A model generated the notes under the pieces. It saw only the letters and a program-made list of their open reading frames with translations. It searched no databases and was not told where the DNA came from. Of a DNA stretch of 64,000 nt, positions 11,901-18,641 are shown piece after piece. Location of the stretch: the NCBI GenBank assembly GCA_024398405.1, contig JAKSJE010000002.1, positions 2,474 through 66,473 on the forward strand, in the 5' to 3' direction. This stretch comes from Bacteroidaceae bacterium. Lineage in GTDB: Bacteria > Bacteroidota > Bacteroidia > Bacteroidales > Bacteroidaceae. Position numbers and translations under genes: made by a program. How positions within the stretch are numbered: the stretch's first letter is position 1; each line of letters opens with the position of its first letter.

Positions 11901-14900
11901 CTTTCCGTAGATAAGTCCGAGGTTGATGCCGAGATTGCCGTATGCCTGAGCACCGAGAAGCACACCGAAATCCGTTTTGAAGGAGTTGAGTGCGGCATTG
12001 CGAGCCTCAGTTGCTTGCGACAGATTGTCGCTGATGTATCCATCACCGTGTTCGGCACCATCGAGGAAATCAGAGATTTTCTTAGGAATCGGAGGCAGTT
12101 GGCCATTGTCAGGGAGTTCGTTGCCGAAGCAGAGATAGCAGTTCGCACCAAGTTTGCAGTTGACGAGGTCGCCCTCCTTTCCGAAATCAATGAGTACGAC
12201 CGAGCATCGTTTGTCCTCAGCTGGTTCACCGAGGTAGAAGTGCCAGCGAGGAGATGGGTAATCCACACCGCCTGTCCTCCATGTCACCTTGACATCGAGT
12301 GTGACTGTGGCAGAGCAGGTAGCTGCCATCTTCTTCTGGTCCTCAGTCTTGGCGGCAGACTTGGCATCGTTCTCTTTCGGCTCATTTTTCGGAGCCTCGT
12401 CCTTCTTCGGTTCTTCAGCCTTGGCTCCTATCTTGCTGTCAAGTCCGGTCTCACAGCCCGTGATGATATTGAACTTGCCGCCTGAGATTTCATCCAACTG
12501 TTCCTTCGTACTGCCTAAGTCACTCGCGAAGTCACCTATATAGTCACTGGCATCGTAATCAATTTTGGCATCCGCGGTGATATTGAGTTGAAGGTATTTC
12601 TCCATAGGTGTGCATTCGTACACGAGGCTCATATCCGCATTGATAAGACCGCCCACGGCCTTGACATTACCGGTGAAGATGAATTGCGAGAGACATTTCT
12701 GTGTCTTGTTATAGACTACCGCCAATTCGAGTTCTCCGGTTGCCGCCTTCTCGTCAGGAGAGGCCATTTCCATAGAGACGGACATGCCGATAAGTCCTTT
12801 TTTGTTCCTGATGTCCGCAAGGACGAAATTACCATCCTTGTTCTTCCCGACAGGGGAGCAGTTGAAATAGAACCCTCCACCGAGTTTTGTAATCACCAGC
12901 GGACCGAGTTCTATCTTCGTACCTATCTTCAGGTTGAGATAGCCCCATGTGTAGTCATCCTCGTCGCTGTCTATGTCATAATATGCTCCCGATGCGTGAA
13001 GGGACATCAAGTTACCTGGTAGCGTGACATCCAAGGTCGCCTCGAAGCCCTTACCCTTCTCACTCTTCGCATCATTGCTCATGTATAGATGACCATCGAA
13101 TGTGATGCCTGAGAACGAGGCGTCCAGGGCAATGCTGTCAAGCCGTGCAGAGTCGAGTGAGCATTCTATGTTGGAAAGGTCGCTGAGGCTGAGGTTCTTT
13201 ATGGAGCCGAAGATGGTTACACCTGCCTCCGCCCCTAATTCTATGCCCGACACGACATTGACCCTGCCGCAGAGTCCGAGACCTATGACCAGACTCTCAT
13301 CCTTCGTGACTGAAGTGAAGTCATAGTTGACGAGTGAGAACTCGAACGGGCCGAGTTTCTTCGATGCCGAAGCCAATGACCAGGAGCCTGTATGGAAGTA
13401 GAACGTGGTGTCGGCCTTGTTCTCCGCTCCGTTTGTGAATTCCTTCCCACTGGTATATAGGCTGGCGATGGCTTTGTCCTCCTGAACCTTGCGAAGTGAA
13501 TCCGTATTTGCCTGGAAATCGACATACTTGCTCTTCCATGTCTTGCAGTTGGCTATGCGCATCCCTATGAAATGAATATCGGGCAGAGCGAGTTTAGTGC
13601 CGAGTTTTTCCTCAAGATAGTCCTCTGCTTCTGACTTCCGGCCTATCTCCATACGACCTCCGAGCATCAGTTCGCATCTGGTGACCATCTTGTTGGTCTC
13701 CGACTTCTTCTGCTTCGGGTCTTTCGGTTCTGACTCGAGCAGGAAATATGTCTGGTTGGCATCGAGTACAAGACGAGCGGCATAGAGATCCAGATTGAAG
13801 TCACCACTGAGCTGACGCGTGTTGAAGATAAACGCAAAGTTGTCTGTCTCTTTCTCCTTCTCGTCAATCTGGCGACGCACCTGACATTCATAGTCAAGGC
13901 GCGCCTTGCCGTTATCTTTGTCCTTCAGTAGCGGAACTCCCAAGTCGCCCTTGAGGTAGCAGTTGTCGAAGTTGTTCTGGACCACATTCAGGCTGACCTC
14001 CTTCACAGATACGCCGAACCCGCCGGCATAAGCGTCGAAGACGTTGTCGAACTTTGCATTCAACGTTACTCCTGACTTGTCAATCAGAAAGTCCTTGGCA
14101 GTAATGGCAAGTCTATCCTTGCTGTCGTCTGCCGTCGATGTCAGTCCTTCCGGCAACAACACTGACATGGTCTTGATGTAGAAGCCTTCCCAGCCGTTGT
14201 CACCATATCTGCCGAGATTCTCCTTACCTATGGATTCTTCTTTTTTGTAGTTCTTTGGCCATCTGAATCCGCTCATGGGCGAGGCATTCATGACTCGTGA
14301 ATGGTCATAGCACATCTTATCGACTACGAAGGTGAATCCTGGAAGTGAAGCAATCTCGAATGGTTCCATGCTCACTTCATCCACCATGAACTCATCCCAA
14401 CTCGCAATCTGTGTACGTATGGTAAGTGTCGGAAGTGAGTCCGTCACCTCCTTTGTGTCCATGTCATACTTCTTCAGTTTAGGTATCTTCATATCGACAT
14501 CGATACCCATCACCTCGAATTCATAGTTTTTCCAGCTGACGTAAGTCCCATCGGTAGGCTCCAGAAGGTCTTGAGGAGCTTTGAAAGTGCATTCGTAGCC
14601 TGAGCTCGGTTCGACGACGGTGAACTTATCCAGCAGTGCCAGCTGACCTGACTCCGGCAGAATGTGGTCTGGTGAGATACATAAACGCGGAGCGCCGAAG
14701 ACAAGTATGTCAGACGCCAGGTTCTCGCTCTCCGGCATGGTGAATTCGCCAAGCAGGTCCATGGTGGCGTATGTCGATGCGAACTCCATCTTCGTGATTT
14801 GGATATCAACAGGCAGTTCGCCTACGAGGCTCTCGACACCTTTTGGCATACACAAGGGCATGTAGATATCCGTATGTCCTGACTTTATCAGGTCCCAGAT

Positions 14901-16784
14901 ACTCTTTCCCATGGCCAACATCTGGTAGTAGTCGGCTATTCCGTCCACTTTGTCGGCGATGCTTTTCTTAGTCCCCGTGGTTATGTCTTCCGCATAAGGC
15001 ACTCCCGCATCGGCAAGAAGGTCATTCAGACCTATGTCAGAGAACAGGCTGTTGACGGCTGCGAGTTTGTCACCCGCCTTCGGATCCTCCATTCCCTTCG
15101 CTATGCCATCATACACTACGTCGTCGGTGTTAATCTTCAGTTTCTCGAACCTCACATGCACATTGATGACGCCGAGACCCATTTTCTCAAGTGTCCACCC
15201 CACCTTGCCTGTACCTGTGAATCCATCCTTACCAGTACCGCTGCTGATACTGTCAATCAGCATCTGGTATTTTCCGATAGCGACAGTCTTGCCCTTGAAG
15301 TCCTCCTTCTTCTTGGTGGTCGGGATGGTGTTCTCGACCGCTTTGTCATTGCTGCATCTGAAATAGTCTGCTCCGATGAACTCTCGCATCGAGAAGTCAC
15401 GCACGTTGAGCGAGTCATTTTTGAATATGATGGAATCTACACTTGTCTTGCAGACCGGCTGTACTCTGAGAACCAGATGGTCGTTTGCCTTGACTTTTGA
15501 GGCGATGGAGTCCCATGCTATTGAGTGGGCAGTGGAGTCTTCCGGCAATGCTTTGCTGTATATGAGGTTTTTCTTGTCAAGTATGTCTTTTGCGTTTGGT
15601 GTATCCTTCCCATTATACAGTTCGACGGTATAGCCAATATCAAGTGTCTTAGGGTCTCCGTAACCTTCCTCAAGCCATGCGGGTTCCCATTCGACATCGA
15701 TGTCGAGCATCTGATAGACTTTGCGTGCTGTCCCATTGTCGAAATAAGGTGCTTTGATGTCAGGATTGAGGAATGAATACTGTATCTTGTCCTTTTCCCC
15801 CAAATCACCCTCGCCCATGGAGATATTGAAATCAAATCCCGGAACAGACTCCTTCACACGGAAACAGCAAAGACTACTCTTACCGTTGTTCGCTATCTGA
15901 ACGTAGTTCATCTTGCTGCTGTTCAGAGCTTTTGCGGTGATCTGGGCTACGTATGTCTTGCTCGCGCTGAATTCCTTGATTACGTTGGCTGGAATGGTGA
16001 CAGATGGCATGAGCAGCCCGTCCTTGAAATAGACTGTATTCCCCTCGCTGATAGCCACGTCAGGACTCTGGAAGTCCAGTTTCTCGGCTATGCGAATGGC
16101 ATAGGTGTACTGTTGCGCTGGGTTGCATGTAAGGCTTGGCGAAGACCATGTGAACAAAGGCGCTTTGGGGTCAATCTCCATTGGTTCGCTTTCGTTGCCG
16201 AACATCACCAACGGCTGAATCCACGTAGGAGCCTGGGCATTGTAGCAGACCGTGAACATGCACTGACCGCTTGTCGGTGAACTCAGAAGGTAAGGTGAAT
16301 CCTGATTGTTTCCAGTCCATCGGAATGCAGCGAACTTTATCATATACTCGCCCTCAGGCAACAATCCGAATGATCCGTTGGCATAGCCTTCAATCAGACC
16401 ATCTGGAATCTTCATGGCTGATGATGGTATGTGGTTGAAAAGGTTCTTCATGTCGTTCAGGGTCAAGGAATAGACCCCGTTCGACGGTACTACGAAGGGA
16501 CGTGCAGGTTGGTATCTGTCAGGAGTGGCTGCCAGAAGCCCGTCATCAGGCATCGTATGTGTCATGCAGAGCGACAGATACACTCGCTGCTCCTCGGATG
16601 TGGTGTTGACCAACTGAACGTTGAAGAACTCGCTCGGATCAGAGACGTAGAGCAGGAGTTGAGGTGGAAGTATGTTGCTCTTCGCTGATACGTTCACCAT
16701 GATATCCTGTGCCTTGGCGTTCTGCACCGAGAACGTCAGAACTGCTACTGCCAACAGTATTCTATGTATTTTTTTCATCTGCAT
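5970..16784 (-). CDS. giant (3,604 aa) secreted protein of unknown function
   Basis: Single uninterrupted 10.8-kb ORF with signal peptide MQMKKIHRILLAVAVLTFSVQNAKAQ. The N-terminal ~2,480 aa has beta-rich composition. A K/E/P-rich linker sits near residue 1,460. The C-terminal ~1,100 aa appears helix-rich (D/E/K/R/Y/N). I see no T9SS CTD, lipobox or TM anchor. Confidence 0.9.
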   Translation of the reverse strand: MQMKKIHRILLAVAVLTFSVQNAKAQDIMVNVSAKSNILPPQLLLYVSDPSEFFNVQLVNTTSEEQRVYLSLCMTHTMPDDGLLAATPDRYQPARPFVVPSNGVYSLTLNDMKNLFNHIPSSAMKIPDGLIEGYANGSFGLLPEGEYMIKFAAFRWTGNNQDSPYLLSSPTSGQCMFTVCYNAQAPTWIQPLVMFGNESEPMEIDPKAPLFTWSSPSLTCNPAQQYTYAIRIAEKLDFQSPDVAISEGNTVYFKDGLLMPSVTIPANVIKEFSASKTYVAQITAKALNSSKMNYVQIANNGKSSLCCFRVKESVPGFDFNISMGEGDLGEKDKIQYSFLNPDIKAPYFDNGTARKVYQMLDIDVEWEPAWLEEGYGDPKTLDIGYTVELYNGKDTPNAKDILDKKNLIYSKALPEDSTAHSIAWDSIASKVKANDHLVLRVQPVCKTSVDSIIFKNDSLNVRDFSMREFIGADYFRCSNDKAVENTIPTTKKKEDFKGKTVAIGKYQMLIDSISSGTGKDGFTGTGKVGWTLEKMGLGVINVHVRFEKLKINTDDVVYDGIAKGMEDPKAGDKLAAVNSLFSDIGLNDLLADAGVPYAEDITTGTKKSIADKVDGIADYYQMLAMGKSIWDLIKSGHTDIYMPLCMPKGVESLVGELPVDIQITKMEFASTYATMDLLGEFTMPESENLASDILVFGAPRLCISPDHILPESGQLALLDKFTVVEPSSGYECTFKAPQDLLEPTDGTYVSWKNYEFEVMGIDVDMKIPKLKKYDMDTKEVTDSLPTLTIRTQIASWDEFMVDEVSMEPFEIASLPGFTFVVDKMCYDHSRVMNASPMSGFRWPKNYKKEESIGKENLGRYGDNGWEGFYIKTMSVLLPEGLTSTADDSKDRLAITAKDFLIDKSGVTLNAKFDNVFDAYAGGFGVSVKEVSLNVVQNNFDNCYLKGDLGVPLLKDKDNGKARLDYECQVRRQIDEKEKETDNFAFIFNTRQLSGDFNLDLYAARLVLDANQTYFLLESEPKDPKQKKSETNKMVTRCELMLGGRMEIGRKSEAEDYLEEKLGTKLALPDIHFIGMRIANCKTWKSKYVDFQANTDSLRKVQEDKAIASLYTSGKEFTNGAENKADTTFYFHTGSWSLASASKKLGPFEFSLVNYDFTSVTKDESLVIGLGLCGRVNVVSGIELGAEAGVTIFGSIKNLSLSDLSNIECSLDSARLDSIALDASFSGITFDGHLYMSNDAKSEKGKGFEATLDVTLPGNLMSLHASGAYYDIDSDEDDYTWGYLNLKIGTKIELGPLVITKLGGGFYFNCSPVGKNKDGNFVLADIRNKKGLIGMSVSMEMASPDEKAATGELELAVVYNKTQKCLSQFIFTGNVKAVGGLINADMSLVYECTPMEKYLQLNITADAKIDYDASDYIGDFASDLGSTKEQLDEISGGKFNIITGCETGLDSKIGAKAEEPKKDEAPKNEPKENDAKSAAKTEDQKKMAATCSATVTLDVKVTWRTGGVDYPSPRWHFYLGEPAEDKRCSVVLIDFGKEGDLVNCKLGANCYLCFGNELPDNGQLPPIPKKISDFLDGAEHGDGYISDNLSQATEARNAALNSFKTDFGVLLGAQAYGNLGINLGLIYGKIEAIAGFDASLTHYGKALCTNFGRSPGYNGWYARGQLYAYMGMELGAKFDLGFVNYDIPLVKAGVGGVLKMGGPRPTYFQGKVRAKLNLLGGLFQIDKSYTFDVGEQCVLFQGNALDDFMLFSDCTLGDTIKENGWASDEKSIDGGAKMLNRNVRTPQYVDTEAPLEEHFRVIDNNELERIANNAGIMPGSKEHQKLYMQACRTFRFTTDNQYAVLYEYNDPEDDTWPKKVKRDGVVGYGESRKTVIPFDANSTGTRHFLNLPALRSALHDGKFYRLVLTGKAQELHDGVYKDPYTCDTITNDCDYRPWNRTVCYYFRTENSNTLNDKIPLSDYVAVAYPSNQNMLTNENIKEDSESGLSEHMIAYLGDVQRPTIALNDDIRDMAFKEGSLYWRLLNPMGKQIDIARNAFVEYKDGGDIVGLNMEPEHPLNARPNQKYIIELDYFTKETKVNESGSNVSQLVDTCLLRLFVETTGADKDWRTNTGISKRDVTYDEPFVACRLVDYEMEQMSPLPTEVALMGTGKYTYDPFWYVGYFSNYVFPAGWNVTESGFFNLEVTTSESLIFQHGGRKYEGLYDDKMANPQKAASEYGDIRGMLFRTVGKPYENWNQPSDKWMTNGSADYVYSGPTTYQYRRTSTFNSKDISHNVWDIISTIRSVYQDVEAFNREIIEAAQWVSSRYDSWSSDHWAKDYIRNLVAAHRGEYITEDGIGTSGKDYKSYASDGKVIGKDGSYAYNNATISVPYYMLPTIFSIATFEKASDAFKGFNNDSPRAQNAKTIWNHIDKTPRFFDAKGALKHINKLTAVCYRINAYDFVNGHYGVTDRLLNGMAVFQADINDPFGDKTSSDVTASGGCNTGNTSDGETKDTEPSGIDKTTADGESFNYDRMEMLAKRVTDYSGALTNRLKEVKDPSWNEYVKNLKELKSTSAEALSYAKKTLGYYCEHRNDKTSAKTKTNAEQAVRRAYELFDKTRSSSDDLKWGLYYKYGDLVNGKQEYENHRGGFHDLLCDAWDELRMMSDQKSKEYKRYETLYNDGHEAYMNLDSWCDSIDNSCDSGEAYQARQMTELAEYYLSLDENVGYCDELADEARDMARKAAVMQKNVQDYHTNYVNKLQTVTGVIEELEKMIDKNELPEDEQVINDYLDELDRKLIEARDISGVFDGYDFYYDKLDSIGTKIMDIRQSVLELLIIDDSPQYKTVNNAWDATNKAMQLIHDDSLEMRQLWTVKSFSKIPERIENCKYQLESFLDQYQNRDWDTANAMVARIDSINELRNDVWNGFLNGPDGMKGVDDMYALYESIVRDRMNYHSGDMDALRNCADNCALFTNRITEMRSAYEYAVKEFRSISGTDCLERILQAGFRKTSPLYVTAKDKNNQAASLNNREIMTELDNLESIRSGKGGAWFVGNDVRFFALADTKFRGKEDLARWWMPTDEILAETENPERFYADAGMKTLEDMSAMYYAARKESKTEINTIAGEVTAGMSVPTDRLKSYEEEILKYIREYRDGAVRDWSVNDTWYGPKYFLDHVVDAANEYCGIYEELSDRLRTVNRLAEMVADSLDKAEAIRNRVPDVANPYAGILLRRYNAVREYYTGTPFNQIEGIATKAREISHTWNDVLLPIRTEAIEALNYIAEHGQPFISPDDSIARARFLEEYHALGRFRETIENLFVEKDGKKVYHGRDTYVERVKSNHKTLTETWMPTLRDNNSQLTALSEPDPAASDIDRDIQIFSHSKTFMDTFTVMRDSTRRVVGIFPIMVDELGGAREAYANLQGKLDDALLTEYAAMIKQIEDAATVVSEYMPEINNMYEEANSMPYMAINQSMKNSKSRIKNYVMNYYNENVSEVNALFYDCQSKYNTMQSKWDAAETVYEECANTVAQGKRPKASLLQTGIDAYNYISSQYPVFGNAHSRMFLIVNGMTSVKQSAIAAGIDESEFVGLGEGRVNDFRSRLADFRNDIKPKRDAAVKKGRELEDWKE

Positions 16785-16797
16785 GGGTCATTCCTGG

Positions 16798-18582
16798 TCA
16801 AAGTCGCGTATCCACGTTGTCGTGCAGGGTCTCCATCGCCTCCTGCCTCATTAACTCCTCCGATTTACTCTTCTCTTCCATGCGGTGTTTCCTGCTCTTG
16901 ATTGCCACGATGGAGAAGGTGTATGTATAGTTGAGCGAGCAGGAAATGTCAGTCACGTCGAGGCTGCTACGCTTTTTCGTCATATTCACATCTCCGTATT
17001 TGTTGAAACTGGCTGCGGCACTGAACTGGTGGACTTTCCCCAGCGTGTAGCCAGCGCTGACGCTACCACCGATGGAGAGGTTCTTCGACTGTCTCTTCAC
17101 TTCGTTGTATGCGAGGTTGACCGATGCGCTTATGTTCAGGTTCTTGTCTTCGAGGAACGAACGTCCAGTAGTGAATGTGAGAACGTCGCTACTGTAGCGG
17201 GTGTTATAGCCGTCGGACTGCTGATGACTGTACGATAGGTTGAGATTGACCTCCCAAGGCTTGACATCCATGTTGTAGCTTGCGCCGAGAGCCAGCGTGC
17301 TCACATCGCTCTTGCCGTCAGCATACTTGTTGAGGTCCTTATTCTCCACGTAATTGCCTGACACACCAAACGTGTGGCCGAGTGTGTTGCCGTCGAGGGA
17401 ATAATATGGTGAGATGGAGAAGCTGTTCATCTGTCTGTGGATTCTCGATGAGTCGGTCACTATTGCCGTCCCGTCACCCTGATCCTGTGTGTAGCCATTG
17501 TAGCCTATGGTGACTCCCATGTTGCTTGCCAACGGCACCGATGTGTTCACCGCATAGATATAGCCCTTGGTCGTGTAGAGCTGCTTGTTCGTCAGGTTGT
17601 CCTCCTGACCGTTGAAGGTTCCCGAGAGAGCGATCTTCCGGAACAGAGTGGTGCTTGCGGATATTCCGAGACTGTGGTAGTTGTTGTTGATGCTGTAGAG
17701 TCCGAGCGATGTGTAGTCTGGCTGGATGAACCTGTATGACAGGCTTGTGTTGAAGTTCCTCAGGCTCAGGTTGACGTTCATGTCACCGGCAAAGCGTGCG
17801 AGTGTGCTGTACCTTATATCGAATATCTTGTCGAAGTCGTTCCTTACGTCCACCTTCTCTGCCGTGGCGTCTGTGTTGAAGATGCTCCCTGCTGCATTGG
17901 CGGTGAGACTTAACCATTTCAGTGGGGAGATACAGCCTTTCACCCCCACCACCATGTTCTCCTGAGCCTTCAGCTTGTCACGCCATTCGTCGTTGATGGA
18001 GTTCAAGCAATCATAGGCGCGCAGGAAATAGATGTCAACGTAGTTTCTTCCCGAGCCATAGCCAGCCTTAAATCCCCAGCCCATACGTTTGTACTGAGGA
18101 GAACGAGCCAGTGGGTCAGTAGGGTCATCATTGACGGCTTTCCTGATCCGCCCGTAGAAAGCCGACGCACGCCAGCGTTTACCGTCGTTGTATTCCAGGC
18201 CGGCACCGTTGAATGACATATTCATCACATAGTTGCTGAATGCCATGTTCGACTCGCCGAAGTGGCCTGTCCACTGTTTATACGACGGATTCAGGTTAAA
18301 GGAGAGATGTGGGTAGTTGAAGTCGGTGTTATTGTTCGCATAGTACAAGGAGAACGGCATGGTGAAACCATACACGCTGATGTTAAGGTTGGCGTATATC
18401 GTGTTGCTCAGGGGTGACGCATAGTCTGTCCCTGAGGTATAGTGAAACGTGTTCTGTGTCCCCACAGCGCCAGAGATTATCAGTGGATCACTTTCGGCTA
18501 TCTGTGAGATGTTCTGGGCACGCAGAACGCAAGGTGCCATCCATACGGCGCTCAGCATCAAGGCTGTTGCGAGTTTCCTCAT
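16798..18582 (-). CDS. putative outer-membrane beta-barrel protein
   Basis: 594-aa ORF with signal peptide MRKLATALMLSAVWMAPCVLRAQ. It shows amphipathic alternating Y/N/S/G-rich strands throughout (e.g. SASVNLAYNEVKRQSKNLSIGGSVSAGYTLG). The stop lies 14 nt upstream of the giant gene's start. Confidence 0.65.
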   Translation of the reverse strand: MRKLATALMLSAVWMAPCVLRAQNISQIAESDPLIISGAVGTQNTFHYTSGTDYASPLSNTIYANLNISVYGFTMPFSLYYANNNTDFNYPHLSFNLNPSYKQWTGHFGESNMAFSNYVMNMSFNGAGLEYNDGKRWRASAFYGRIRKAVNDDPTDPLARSPQYKRMGWGFKAGYGSGRNYVDIYFLRAYDCLNSINDEWRDKLKAQENMVVGVKGCISPLKWLSLTANAAGSIFNTDATAEKVDVRNDFDKIFDIRYSTLARFAGDMNVNLSLRNFNTSLSYRFIQPDYTSLGLYSINNNYHSLGISASTTLFRKIALSGTFNGQEDNLTNKQLYTTKGYIYAVNTSVPLASNMGVTIGYNGYTQDQGDGTAIVTDSSRIHRQMNSFSISPYYSLDGNTLGHTFGVSGNYVENKDLNKYADGKSDVSTLALGASYNMDVKPWEVNLNLSYSHQQSDGYNTRYSSDVLTFTTGRSFLEDKNLNISASVNLAYNEVKRQSKNLSIGGSVSAGYTLGKVHQFSAAASFNKYGDVNMTKKRSSLDVTDISCSLNYTYTFSIVAIKSRKHRMEEKSKSEELMRQEAMETLHDNVDTRL

Positions 18583-18641
18583 GTCTGTCCTTCGTGAGAA
18601 TCCGCCGCAGGACTCACGTTCCTACGGCGGATTGCTTGTGG

